Assembly: GCF_009834535.1 (NCBI RefSeq)
Contig: NC_045697.1
Coordinates: forward strand, 85,996,001-86,060,000
Source: Camelus ferus
Lineage: Eukaryota
DNA length: 64,000 nt
Direction of reading: 5' to 3'
Below the pieces are notes generated by a model. The model made no database searches and was not told where the DNA came from. It worked only from the letters and a program-made list of their open reading frames with translations. Positions 24,242 through 37,330 of this stretch are shown in pieces (the first letter of the stretch is position 1; each line of letters begins with the position of its first letter). The translations under genes and the position numbers were made by a program.

Positions 24242-25600
24242 AACCCACTCTCTAGTATTTTCCTGAAAAGGAGGTAAAATTTTAAACCTTGTATGTCTAA
24301 AATGTCTTTAATCTGCCTTCACACTTGTTAGAAAATTTGACAGAGAACAGAAATCAAGATTTGAAATAACCGTCCATCTGTGTTTTGAAGGGATCGCTCC
24401 ATTGATTGTCTTCCATGAGGCAAGGAAGGAGTCTGATACCTTTCAGATTCTGGATCTTCTGTATGTTTTTAACTTTGGGAGTTTGTAGGACCTTTTCTTA
24501 TCTCCGAGGTTCTGAAATTTCACAACAGCTTGCCTTAGTGTAGGTTTTTGTCTTTGTGTGCATTGTGTAGGGTGCTAAGTGAGGCCTCTTAATCCACAAA
24601 CTCACGTCCCTCTGTTCAGGAAACTCTCATTATTTCTTCAAAAATCCTACCCTGTGTTTTTGTATTCTCTCTTTCTGGAACTCCTGGCTTATTAGAGTTT
24701 TGCGCCTCCTGAAATCTAATATTTTCCATTTCTTTTCCATTTTCCATTACCTTATTTTTGATTGCCATTCTGAAAGATTCCTCAAATTTAACTTCCAAAC
24801 TCTCTTCTGAAATTTTCTATTATTTTTAACTTCAAAGAACAATCTTTTGCTCTCTGAATAGTTTCATTCTATAGCCTTCTCCCATTGCTTCCCAAATGCT
24901 GTATCTCTTCTTTCCCCATGAGGATATTAACTACAGAGTTTGCTTGCTTGCTTGCTTGCTTGCTTGGTTTTAAGTTTTCTTGCATTTCATATGTAGTTTC
25001 TATTTTCCTCAAGTGGTTGTTTGATTTGATTCTGTCATGGCAGAGGCTTTTCTTAAACAACTGGTAATTCCCAGTTGTCTGCTCATATTTAAAATTAAGC
25101 AGGAAAAAAGAACTGACTGGAACAGACTGGTACACATCCCCGTAGGGTGAGCTGACTGGGCTCTTTCGTTGTTTCTTGTTTGTTCCTTTGTTTTTGATTT
25201 CAGCGAGCTTCCCACAGAGAATTCAACCACAGTCTCACCAGGAAAGTAAAACTTTGGCTGCCAATTCATTTCTTTGACAGACTTGCAATTAATCCTCCCA
25301 TTGTCAGCACACCTGCACCCCTATTCTAATATTTCTAAATATTTCTGAGATCCTGTAGGTCCGATCAGCCCTTTTCTCAGCTTTCCTTACTGCCAGCTTT
25401 GGTTTCAGGTGTTAATTCAGTTTTGCCACCAGTCCATATGCTTTCCAGTTTCCAATGTTCTGTTGCTTCCATGTCCTCTACTTATAAATATCTCATTTTC
25501 TGCCTTTATAAGTTTCTGGCTTAAAAAAACCATTTACTGTCACTTTTATGTAATTTTGGGAGGGAGAGTGAGTAAACACTCATATTTACTGTGCCCTATT
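24242..25600 (-). mobile_element. Old L1 (ORF1 region), right part of the host element
   Basis: ORF 24616-24798 resembles L1 ORF1p (NIR...GVPEREN...IFEEIM). Confidence 0.65.
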
Positions 25601-25860
25601 TTAACCAGAAGGCTTGAAACTGCCTCTCTCTTGTCTGTGTGTGTTCCCTGTTCAGTTGGGAGGTGGCTGAGGCAAAGACTGCATCTCATTCATCATGACA
25701 GCCTGGTGTATTGCCTGGCATACATTAGGAGCTCAATAAGAAAGTAAGGGTTTGTTGAATGGATACACATGTAGCACAGTAATTTTTTTTGAAATAGTAA
25801 CCAAGGTTTTGCTTTGTTTTTCTCTCCGGTATTTCATTTTCCTCTTTTCAGCTAGGCTAG

Positions 25861-26545
25861 TCTGTTATTGCTGCTTCAGTGAATGCATGGGACAACAGAA
25901 AGCAAACTCTGTCTAGATTTTGAGTTTCAAAAGTTTATACCTTTAGGAAAATTCAAAGGGCTCATGGCATAAACAAAATACTGGGGCAAAGCATTGTGAA
26001 ACATACCTCTACCTCTCCCCTAAAACTGGAGGATTGATCCAAAAGAGAATCAGAGCCCTTCTCTAAGGAGGCAGCAAAGCTGTGTAGAAAAAATAGTGTG
26101 TCTGGGCAGGTGGGATCAGCTCATCCCACTGGAATAGCTCCAGAGCACTGGAAAGTTTCCTTTGCATTCAAGGATGAAAACAAGGTAAACAGAGAAAATC
26201 AGTGGATCTAAAGGGGCCTTGTAAATAAGAATGAAGGTCAAGATATGCCAGACTGGACTAGTGAATGAGGAGACAGGTGGTGCCCATATGGGTAGATACA
26301 TCGTGGACAGATGACACTGCGATCCCTCCTATCCTGATGCTGTGGTACTATGTAAGTCTCTCGTTACTTAAACACAATCCTAGAGAAATCCCCAAATTGA
26401 CTAAGACTCTGTTATCATTGCTTCAGGGAATGCATCGGACAACAGAAAGCAAACTCTGCCTGGATTTTGAGTTTCAAAAGTTCAGGGTCTTTAGGAAAAT
26501 TCAAAAGGCTCATGGCATAAACAAAATACTGAGGTAAAATATTGT
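25861..26545 (+). repeat. Direct repeat pair of ~137 bp (25861-25997 and 26408-26545)
   Basis: Both copies read tctgttat...ggacaacagaaagcaaactctg...gctcatggcataaacaaaatactg; roughly 85% identical by eye. Confidence 0.9.
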
Positions 26546-26909
26546 CAACCAAACATTTACTTTCCCAAGTAAAATGGAAGCTCAAGATTGAAATTAAGAT
26601 GAGTTATAAAAAAATAAAATTGTTTTTCCACAATATTCCTATTGGTTAGTTGCAATTCATATACATAAAACCTATAAAGGCAAAAATAAGTATACAAATA
26701 TAGTGATAATGACCACCAGATATTCATTTCTAAATTCATTAAAAAATTCATGACAAATATTTACACAACAGATGATCAAATATGTTAATACAGCAACATG
26801 CTAAATTAAAGCACAGATTTATATTTAGTGACAAATCATCCATAAAATCAAACATGTAGGTAGATTGCTTGGTCAAACTGTTTATATAATTTGTTAATCT
26901 TTTTATTTT

Positions 26910-27342
26910 TACTTTTTTTTATTGAAGTATAGTCAGTTTACAGTGTTGTGTCAGTTTCTGGTGTACAGCACAATGCTTCAGTCATACATGAATAACATAT
27001 ATTTGTTTTCATACTCTTTTTCCATAAGCTACTACAAGACATTGAATATAGTTCCCTGTGCTATACAGTATGAACTTGTTTATCTGTTTTATATATACCA
27101 GTCAGTATCTGTGAATCTCGAACTCCTGATTTATCCCTTCACCCCTGATAACCATAAGTTTGTTTTCTATGTCTGTGAGTCTGTTTCTGTTTTATAAACA
27201 AGTTCATTTGTCTTTTTTTTTTTTTCAGATTCCACATATGAGTAATATCATACGGTATTTTTCTTTCTGTTTCTGGCTTACTTCACTTAGAATGACATTC
27301 TCCGGGGCCATCCATGTTGCTGCAAATGGCATTATTTTTATT
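26910..27342 (-). mobile_element. Young lineage-specific L1 3' end
   Basis: Poly-T followed by attgaagtatagtcagtttac; the reverse complement encodes the L1 ORF2 C-terminus MPFAATWM...ILSEVSQ. Confidence 0.85.
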
Positions 27343-27958
27343 ATATAATTAGTTAATCTTAACAGAATAAATAAGAAAATATAGAAACACCTGTCAGGGA
27401 TGTATGTCAAGACCTTTGCTTTTAGCTGAGATGAAGGCCAGTGCCCTCACTGAGAATGACTAGAAAAGCTGGACAAAATACACAAAACGGTATCTGTTTG
27501 AAGGCATTAAAGATCTGCTGGGGAAATTCGGACTTGAGCAATAAGACTTTGGAGAAGGAAGAAACTTGGAGAGGAGCGTTGGCACTCTGCAACTGATTTT
27601 TCTCTTGGGGCACTTGCCAGTTCTGACTACCTGGCAAGAGGTCAAGAATCTAGGCCAGAGATTTGGGCAGGAGGTCACCAAAGGGTGGAGAAGGCAGCAG
27701 AATTCTTGGCAGTCTGAGGAGCTGGAGAGAAAAATTGGAATCTTGTGAGACTGGGATGCCAGTGAGAAGGGTGGGTGGAAACACGAATCTCACACTTGAC
27801 CTTTTTCCCAAATTCTGATGCTACATGGAGTGAGATACTAAGAAAGTTGGCAGAAAGTCTCTATAAAATAGAGCAGAGATTTTGCAAACTTAAAAGCCTC
27901 ACCAGGAGGACAGGGTCACTGTGAGCACCCCAGGTCCTCAGGTAGAACCCCAGGAGGG

Positions 27959-28318
27959 TGTTCAGTTGGGTCCGGTTGCTATATCAAAAACACCATATGC
28001 TGTGTGACTTAAACAACAAACATTATTGCTCACAGTTCTGGAGGCTGGAAAGTCCAGGATCAAGGCTCCGGAGGAATCATTTTCTGGCAAGAGCCAACTT
28101 CCTGGTTTATAGACCATCTTCTTGCTGTGTCCTCACTTATCAGAAGAGATGAGGAGCCCGGCACGGTCTCTTTTATGAGGGTACTAATCGCATTCCTGGG
28201 GACTCTGTCGTCATGACCTAACCACCTCTCAGGGCTCCGCCTCCTAATACCATCACATTAGGGGGTTAGGGTTTCAACATACGAATTTGGGGGAGACATA
28301 AACATTCAGTCTAGAGCA
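27959..28318 (-). mobile_element. MLT1A/B-type MaLR solo LTR
   Basis: ctcacagttctggaggctgg...aacattcagtc motifs, TG...CA termini, approximate 5-bp TSD gaggg/gaagg. Confidence 0.75.
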
Positions 28319-28384
28319 GAAGGTTACTCTCTAGGAGCAGGGATGGATAGGAGATGGAAAAGAGCCTCACAAAAACTGTAATAC

Positions 28385-28770
28385 ACTTACGTCATTCTGG
28401 AAAAGGGAAAGCTACAAAGACAATAAAAAGATCAGTAGCAGCCTGGGCTGGGGTAAGGGAGGGATGACTAGAGGGAACACAGGGGATTTTTACTACAGTG
28501 AAACTACTCTGCACTGTACTGTGATGGTGGATACACGTTGTTATACATTTGTCACCAACATTGAACCCTATTGCAAACTATGGACTTTGGGTGATAATGA
28601 TGTGTCAACGTAGAGTCATCCTTTGAAAAAAAAAGTGTACCATTCTGGTGAGGGACGTTGATAATAAAGGAGGCTATTACAAGCGTTGGGGTAGGGGGCA
28701 TATAGGAACTCTTCTTTCTGCTCAGTTTTTCTGGGAATGTAAAACTGCTCTAAAAACTAAAGTCAAAAAA
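28385..28770 (+). mobile_element. L1M 3' UTR fragment
   Basis: cattctggaaaagggaaagcta...aaactatggactttgggtgataatgatgtgtc. Confidence 0.65.
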
Positions 28771-31447
28771 AATACCTGTAAAGCAGACTGCAGTTGGTTT
28801 TACCTCTGATTGGATTAAAGTGATCAGCTCTCTAGTAGAAGAGGTTAAGCCTCTCTAGCAGATTTTTACCTCAGTCTCTAATTTTTAAAATATAATGTCT
28901 GGATCAGATTGGATTAAAATTTACCAGGCATTCCAGGACACAAAAATAATTATTTAAAACTGTAAATAAAAAATAGAAATAAACACATTAATCCAGATAT
29001 TTTAGTTCTCAAAAGACATTTAAAATAAGTGTGATTAATCTGCTCAGGAAAAAATAGATGAAAAGAATGTATGTTATTAGTTAAAATCATAAGTATGAGC
29101 TGTGGAGGGCAACATATATCCAAAAAGTGACAATAATACTACAAATGCATACCAGGTATTGTTTTAAGTGATTCTTTGATTTCTCACAATTCTGTGAAAT
29201 AAGTACTATTATTGCCCCCAGTTTACAAATGAGGAAACTGAGGTAGAAAATGATTAAATAAATGATTATGGTCACATGACTATTAATGGCAGAACAAGAA
29301 TTTGAACTCAGGTAGTCCAACCACAAAGCCCTATATAAACACATACAGCATTTAGTCACAACTCTATATAGAGTATGCATCTTGTACAATTACAATAGCC
29401 ATAGATAGACTATGCTATGGATAAAGCGATGTAGAATCCTGACAGTTCAAATTATCCAGGGCACTAAAATGTTTTTCTGTTTTCTCATGGCCCCAAACCA
29501 TAAGAATGTGAGAGTTCGAACTTAGCCTAAATTGCATAGATATGTATTCTTGAATCCAAGCTGCCCAATAATGTCTGTCTGGAAGTACAAAAGACCAAGA
29601 AGAAATGTGTCTAATTTTAAGTAGATGAAAAATAGAAAATAAAAACAAGTATGTAAAATTTGACCAAAAACAGTGCTCAATGTTTACCACCATTTAAGTT
29701 ATTTTTGTCAACTTTCGCCTAGACATCCTCGAATTATTATAATTGCCACCTGTGAATCCTTAGCTGCAGAACTACAGTTAATTCACTCATCCTACCTGTG
29801 GGTAGATAACCTTGGCAGAAAATTCCACATACATAGGCCTCTTCCAGCAGTACTCCCTGGAAACCAAGCCTTCATTCTTTCATACCCACAGTTCTTGTTG
29901 ACAGACACACATACCTGGATGGCCACCTTACTATGTTTCTTACTTAAGAAATGTGTTTGAAAGGACAGTGGACTGCACAGCAGGAAATCCCTCCCCGTCT
30001 CCCACACTCCCCTTCCCAACAACGCCTTTTCACTGCCAGAAAACTCTACTGTTAGACTTGATCTCTCCATATCTCTTCTGTACAGGTAAATCAAACATTT
30101 GTCATCATTTTCATGTTAGTATGAATTAATGAAACAACTCAGTCTCATGGGCAGCTAGCTGTGATCGGGGCATAAGGAAGCTGGAGTTTTGACTGGGACA
30201 AAGTAAGCACAAGTCATGACAATTTTTGAACTTTAACTACAGGGTTGTCATTTTCTTGATCACACAAAATGAAAATAATACTGTAACCCACCCCATAGAA
30301 CTGAGGTGAAGACTGCATGAGAGTAATAAGCATAAATTTGTTTACGATAGTATCAGGCACACAGTAGGTGCTTAACAAATGATGACTTTTATAATTAATA
30401 CAATTATTTGACTTTGCAATAATGGAGAAAATTTTTAAATCAAATGTATTTTTAAAGAATTGGCAAGATGGTTATGGCAGTGGATCTGAATAAAGTCTAA
30501 GAAAAGAATAAAATTAACCCCTCAACTCACTGTCCAAGATCATTTTTGCTGCTTTGGATGATGCATGAAAGACTTGCAAACGCCTTGTGATCTAATTGTT
30601 TAGCATACAAACCTAAATATTCATAGATTTACAAACCTATTTAATATATTTAAGAAATTCTGTGCAAGTTTATAGTTAAAATCTTCTCTCCCCATTTATT
30701 GAGGTTCATCATCTCTTCATATGTCTACTTGTGAACAAAGCAATCACCTAACATAATGCCCACCCACAAAGTTAGGTGCACTATTGTTTTTCTCATATGA
30801 AAATTTTCTTCATAACTCAGTATTAATAGGGCATGCCCACTGAGCTATATTTTTCCATAGCAGTAGTGCATTGTACATATAAACTCCAGCATCTTCTCAC
30901 TGAGTTCTTTCTGTAACCAGAAGCAAACCTCTCCAAGCTTGTTAAGAGGTTTCACAGGTACCATTTGTCTACAAATCAAAAATAAGCCAGTTGTCTCCTG
31001 GATGCAAAAACTAATGAGTTTGCCTCATTAGTGCTTTGCTGTAAGTTATCTTCTCAGAAGGATTTCCCCCGGGCTAGCTTTCTGGCCAGACTTGTGGATG
31101 ATGTGTTTACTCAGTCACCTGAGAAGTATGTATGTTTATGAATGAGTGTGACTGGAGAGAAAGATCTGAAAAGGCAGAAGCGTCTTTAAACGAGGAGATC
31201 ACGTAGGGTGCCAGGTCGGACTGGAGTCCTTGATGAATCATTGATCATTGGCTTGTGGCCTTACCACTTACCAGCTGTTTGACATTGAGTGAGTCATTCA
31301 CAGGCATCTTGCCTTTTCTCACAGGAGAAACAATATTGTTAGAGTGGCGGGTTTCTAAATTCCCTTTCTATTAATCTTACCTGTTAAGGTAAGAAAAGGA
31401 AATTGAAATGGAAGTTTTTTGTTCCTTATTTAGAGACGCCATTTTCA

Positions 31448-31851
31448 GAGAGAAAAATACCATGTGATATCGCTTATATGTGGAATCTAAAAAAAAGGAC
31501 ATAAATGAATTTATCTACAAAACAGAAACTGACTCAGACATAGAGAACAAACTTATGGTTATGAAGTTGGGGGGAGAAGCGAGAAGGGGGAGGTAAGGGA
31601 TAAATCAGGAATGAGAAATTTGCACCTCTTGGGGGGTGATGGAAATGTTAGCTGTCTTGATTGGTTTCATTGGTAGACATATCTACTAAAATTCATCAAA
31701 TTGTACACCTGAAATATGTGTAGTTTACTGTACAGGAATCATACCACAAGAAAGGTGTTAAAATATGAATAAAGTGTAAATACTGAAAATAAATTTAATT
31801 TAATTTAATTTAATTTAATTTAATTTAATTTAATTTAATTTAATTTTAAAA
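31448..31851 (+). mobile_element. 5'-truncated L1 with (TTTAA)n tail
   Basis: L1 3' end flanked by a 16-bp TSD, agagacgccattttca and agagatgccactttca; pentanucleotide array at ~31793-31845. Confidence 0.8.
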
Positions 31852-34447
31852 AGAGATGCCACTTTCAAAGGCTAAGATAATAGCTACTTATATGGAGATA
31901 AAAGACTTTAATAAAATTAAATTACACAGACTAGTGGAAATAAAATTAAAGTCAACTAATTTCCTCAAGAATCACTCTCAAGTGTACCTTCAATGTCACA
32001 TGAATTGCCCACACAAATAAAGTCAACTGATTTTTACAAAGGCACAAAGGCAACTCAAAGGATTGTTTAAACAGTGCTGCAAAAATTGAACATCCACAGG
32101 CAAACAATTAAATAAAACTAGACACATTATAGATTTCACAAAAATTAACTCCAAATGGATCATAGGAGGTGGAGCATAAACGCTTATCCCTTAAGTGTGG
32201 GCTACAAGTAGCGACTTCTTTCCAAAGAGTACAGCACAGAAAGGGGGCAAAAAGAATAACCTTATGGTGAAGAAACTTGACAAATACCACCTCACTTAAG
32301 TGAGCAAGATTAACATCAACAGCTGTAAGTCATGTTGACAGCACGGGAAATTTCAGAGCACCCTGGGTCAAAAGATACGTAGGAGTGGACTACATATGAA
32401 CCAGTGTAACCTTTGGTGGGGGGCGGGGGGTAGCAACAGTCACAGACGTCCCAAAGGAGAGGGGCTCCCGGGAGCGGTGGGGGCTCCCGGGAGGCTGAGG
32501 AGGCACGTTCCCACTCGCCTGGTTGGTTTGTTTCTAAATCTGCCTTGCCTCCCTTGTCACCTCATCCTTTCCTGCCAACAACCCCACCCCCACCCAGTTT
32601 CTGATACCCAGCCCGGCAACGGTTTCTACTACAAATATTTTGTGTCTGTCAAGTATTTGGGGCAGATCAAAAAGAAAAGGCTGTGAGGCACTGAACCAGA
32701 TTATTTAAAGCCCTCTGCAAGGCTAAGAGTCTATGACTACAAGAAAAAGCATCAGCTCCGCATATTGTCCCCCCTCAGCAGTCCTCTTGTCCCCCGGAAC
32801 AGCCCCTCCTCTTTCCAGTCTCGGCATCACATCCGTGTATAATAGCTCCTTTCACAACACAGGACATTGTTTCATAATGCAGGCCATTTATTTATGCTTG
32901 GAATTAGCTCATATTGGCTTTTTTAAATGCTCGCATCTCCTTCCATTTTAGCCCAACTCCGTAGAAGATCGAAGTAAGAAGTCTCCCTTAAATTCACAAC
33001 CTTTTTTGGCGGGAAAAGGCGTCTTTGGCCAAACTGCAACACTGCAGTCTAGGGGAGCTCCTGTCTCCGCTCACTTTGGGAACCCACAGGCCCTGAGTGT
33101 GCGTGCGGGTTGTCCATCCCTTAAGTGACGTATTGCTGAAAGCCACAATGCACTATAGACGGGGGTTCCTGGAATGACAGCTTTTTCTCCAAGACCACAG
33201 TTCTTTTCCAGGCCAGCAGTGAAAATAAGAAGAGCACAACACGCGCTCAGCCTTCCTGAGGAGTCCTGCCATCGCTCCTTTTCCCTGACAACACAGAAAA
33301 CTAGCACTCAGAGGAAAGACGTGATCTGAAATGTTTCCATTTTCCTCCTGCTCAGAACAAAGCTTGAGACCACCATCTTGCAGCCTCATAAGGAAAACAC
33401 AATCATAGAACATAAACAGAGCATAAACATCAAAGCACAGCACTTTTCCATTTTCATAGAACCAGTTGTGTGTCTGCTTCACATTTTATCAGTTTTATTG
33501 ATAATGAGAACACCTAGAAGCAACTGTCTAACTTGTAAGTCACATGATACTTTATTACTGTTCTTTTCCCCAAAGACGATAACCCAGGTAGTAAAACAAT
33601 GGATTCACTGACTAAATGACATGCTCCATTATCTCTAAGTAGGTTTCAGACTAAGTTTATCAGGGGTTACCTGCATCTGATCAGCCCCGTCAGCTGCCAG
33701 ATAGTCACTGCTGTGGCGGGCTGTTCATCTGTCTCATGCGCTCAAGGGGCCCCTTTCTCAGGAGGACATGTCCCTGCACATAACATTGGCCTCTGCTGTT
33801 CCTATCACGGTCCATGGAAATCATTTGTTTACACATCTGTCCTGCATCCGAGACTGTGAACTCTTTGAGGACTGGAAGTTTGGTCTTACTTATCTTCAGA
33901 GTTTCAGTGCCCAGAGCAAAGTAACTGTACAATGTGTGTTTGTTAAGCGAGTGAACAAAACATTGAACGGCCATCAGGGAAGCCCAGTGGTTAAAAAGAT
34001 GTGCCCCAGTGGCAGATGTCTGTGGCTTTCAGTGCTGGTTCCCCCACTTTTCACCTGTGTGACATGGCACAATTAACTCATCTGTGCCTCAGTTAATCTG
34101 TTAAGTGGGGTTAATAATAGAACTTCCTTCCTAGGGCTGTTGTGTTAGTGCACAGGAAGGATGTAGAAAATGCAGGCACACTAAGGTTTAGTACCTGTGG
34201 TTGATGTTGTTGTTAACACGACTATTATTACTAGACAATAATGACACCCCTATTAATACTGGAAGAATTTCTGACATGGGTTCACGGAGCCTTCAATAGT
34301 AAGGCAGCAAATCAGATATATCCCACATGGTGGACAGACAGCTGAGTGACGTTTGAAGTGTGCTGTCACCTGTGAACAAAACACAGCTAATATTGGGCAA
34401 GTACCTCCTATGAGCCAGGCGTGTATTACGTTTTATATTTGTGACCT

Positions 34448-34770
34448 CTTTTTTTTTTTTAGTAGAGTTTATTTTCTGCAACAGTTTTAGCTTCACAACA
34501 TAATTGAGGGGAAGTTAGAGAGATATCTCATATACCCCCTGCCCCCACACATGCGCAGCTTCCCTCTTTATCAACATTGCCCACCAGAGTGGTACATTTG
34601 TTACAGATGATGAACCTACACCAGCACGTCACAACACCCAAAGCCCATAGTTTACATCTGAGTTCCCTGTGGGTGTTGTACATTCTGTGGGTTTGGACAA
34701 ATGTATAATGACATGTATCCATCATTATAGTATCACCCATGGTAGTGTCACTGTCCTAAAAATCCATTGC
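34448..34770 (-). mobile_element. L1M 3' UTR fragment
   Basis: Poly-T head followed by cccaccagagtggtacatttgttaca...tttggacaaatgtataatgac. Confidence 0.7.
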
Positions 34771-35648
34771 ATGTGACCTCTTTCCACTTTCAAAACAATT
34801 ATGAGGTATTGTTATTATTATCTACATTTTTAAAAGGTGAGAAAAACGAGGCTTGGAGAGGTTTAACAACTTACTAAAGATGATACCTTCACAAGTGGAT
34901 CATCTGGCCCCGGGGTCCAGGATCTTTCTGTTCCTGGTTCCCTCCCAGTGGAAGATGCAGAGAGCAGATGAATCACAGCAACGTGCTGAAAGGTCTGGAC
35001 TTCATATATTCTAGCCCATTATCTGCCACGGTGCGTTCCCAAAGAGCCACTAATGCTACTGGGTGTTGTTAAATCACAGCACTGTTTTTTGATCACTATA
35101 ACCATCTAGTTGTAAATACTATTATCTCCATTGTATGGGTGAAGAAGCTGTATTTTTGAGAGCCACATGCCTTGTCTAAAGTCCTGTGTTTAATCAGGAG
35201 CAGAGCAGGACTATAACTCAGACTTTAATCTTCCACACTGCCTGACACTAGCTCTTAGCCATTTACTGTGGAAATCTTTGTGACAGGCACTGAGCTAAGG
35301 GCTGGAAGCGGAAAAGTGAAGAAGACAGTTCCAGCCTTTGTTGGGGAGACAGGCCTGTGAATAATTAAAATGTAAAAGTGCTGTAGAAGATTCACATAAA
35401 ATACCACTGGGACACGTGGAACTCTTCAAAAGGATGTGACAGTTGAGCTGGGTGTTGGAGGGTGAGTAGGAGTTTGCCCAGAACCAGAACTGCACGGAGA
35501 GCAGAAGGCCAGTCATATGCAAAATGTGGAGGAAGGAGGTCTTGATTGATGCCACATTTGAAAAGGCGAGACATTTAAATTATTCATGACACAATACTAA
35601 TAAAACTTGCAAATTATCCTTTAAACATGTCTACTCTGTAAGTCTACT

Positions 35649-35652
<4 letters not shown>

Positions 35653-35678
<26 letters not shown>
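35653..35678. repeat. (TG)n microsatellite
   Basis: Directly visible dinucleotide run. Confidence 0.95.
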
Positions 35679-35679
<1 letters not shown>

Positions 35680-35756
35680 ATAAATAAATGAATGAAAAGT
35701 CACTTAATTCTGGTGTATTTAGGACTATTACCTTGCCCTTTGTCCTTAATCTATCT

Positions 35757-35980
35757 CAGTGGTTCACGCCTGGGGCTATTTTGAACCCAGGGGACATTAG
35801 GTAATATCTGAAAACATTTTTGTTTGTTACAGCTTGGGGGTCAGGATGGCAGGGATGCTACCAGAATCTAGTGAACAGAGGCCAAAGATGCAGCCAGCCG
35901 TCCTCCAGTGCACAGGCCAACCCCACAACAGAGAAGCATCCTGCTCCAAACGTCAGTGGTGCCCAGGTTGAGAACCCCTG
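35757..35980 (+). mobile_element. MER20-like DNA transposon, near full length
   Basis: Termini cagtggttc and gttgagaacccctg; internal match to the recalled MER20 consensus. Confidence 0.8.
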
Positions 35981-37121
35981 CTTATCTGCTTGGGAAACCA
36001 CAATTCTCTCCCAGACTGCCAGCAAATTCCAGGGCAAGAGCCCCCTGAACCAAACCACAGACATTTCCATCTCAGAGGAATCAGCGCCGGAACTCCTGAG
36101 TCCCTGCCTGCTCCACAGCCTGGCAGAAAGCCTGCTCTGCGTTACCTGGGTACAGAGAGAGCGCAGAGAAGACGGCCGCACAACAGCGGGCGGGTCAGAG
36201 GTCCTGAGGGCTGATGGCATTACTTAAACGTCACCGCACTAATGGAGTCCCTCATAAACAGAACCGCCAGGCTACCAGTTAAAGGCCCTGCCTCCTCCTG
36301 GGAAGTGACACAAGAGCCAACAATTTTTTGCTCTGTGTTGTTCTGCCTTTACTCTGTTTACTTAATAACAGCAACAGTCGATGTGACTGAGCGCTTACCC
36401 GGTTAAGTACCCAGCACTGCGCCAACCGCTCTGTGTGACCCCTATAACTAAACCCTCCCCCAGTGCAGCATTGTTTTCAGAGTGTACATTTTCTCCTGCT
36501 GGAGACTTACCCTTGTGATGAGAGAAAATACCAAGGCCACTCCACAGAGAAGGCTGTTGCAACGCCTGTCAGTTTTCACTGGAAACCCCAGTCCTCAGAG
36601 CAGCAGAGGTCAGTAAGCAGTTACTGAGGGCTTCGACTCTGGTTTAATGGTGCTTCCTCAGAAGGCTCTTGCCCTTAAGGAGCTTGCAGAGTTAAAAATA
36701 TATTTATATCAGCTTCTATTCCATGAAAGTCCGCATTTAGACACCCTTATGAGAGATGAACCACTAATATTCCTCAATGATTCCAGACAAGAAGAGTGTT
36801 ATCCTATCAGCAAAGACATGATGTTCCTGGAAACGTAGCTTAATCTAGGCCCAGTGCTGGGTTCAGGTGGGAGCAGTTCAGCTGTAAGAGTTGCACTGTT
36901 TGAGAGCCTCAGGGCAAAAGGAGGCTGGGGTAGGGCAACCTGAAAGGAAAGCGCAATGGCCTTCCCCAGGCCCCTCTGCAGTCTAGGCTCAGCTCTGCCG
37001 AGTGATGACTTTCAACTGTTTTTGTCCTTGACTCCAGAAAAAGTGTGCTTTACCTGCTCCCAGCAAATGTCTCATAACTCCATTCACACTTTCTATATGT
37101 GACATGCTGGTATTTTCTGTT

Positions 37122-37330
37122 CTTTTTTTTTTTTTTTTTTTTGATTGAAGTATAATCAATTTACAATGTTGTGTTAATTTCTGGCATACAGCATAGTGAT
37201 TCATTTATACATATATATCTATTCCTTTTCATATTTTTTATTATAGGCCATTACAAGGTATTGAATGTAATTCCCTGTGCTATGCAGTAGGACCTTGTTG
37301 CTTATCTATTTCATATACAGTAGCTAGTAG
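37122..37330 (-). mobile_element. Lineage-specific L1 3' end
   Basis: Poly-T followed by gattgaagtataatcaatttac; related to 26910-27342. Confidence 0.8.
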
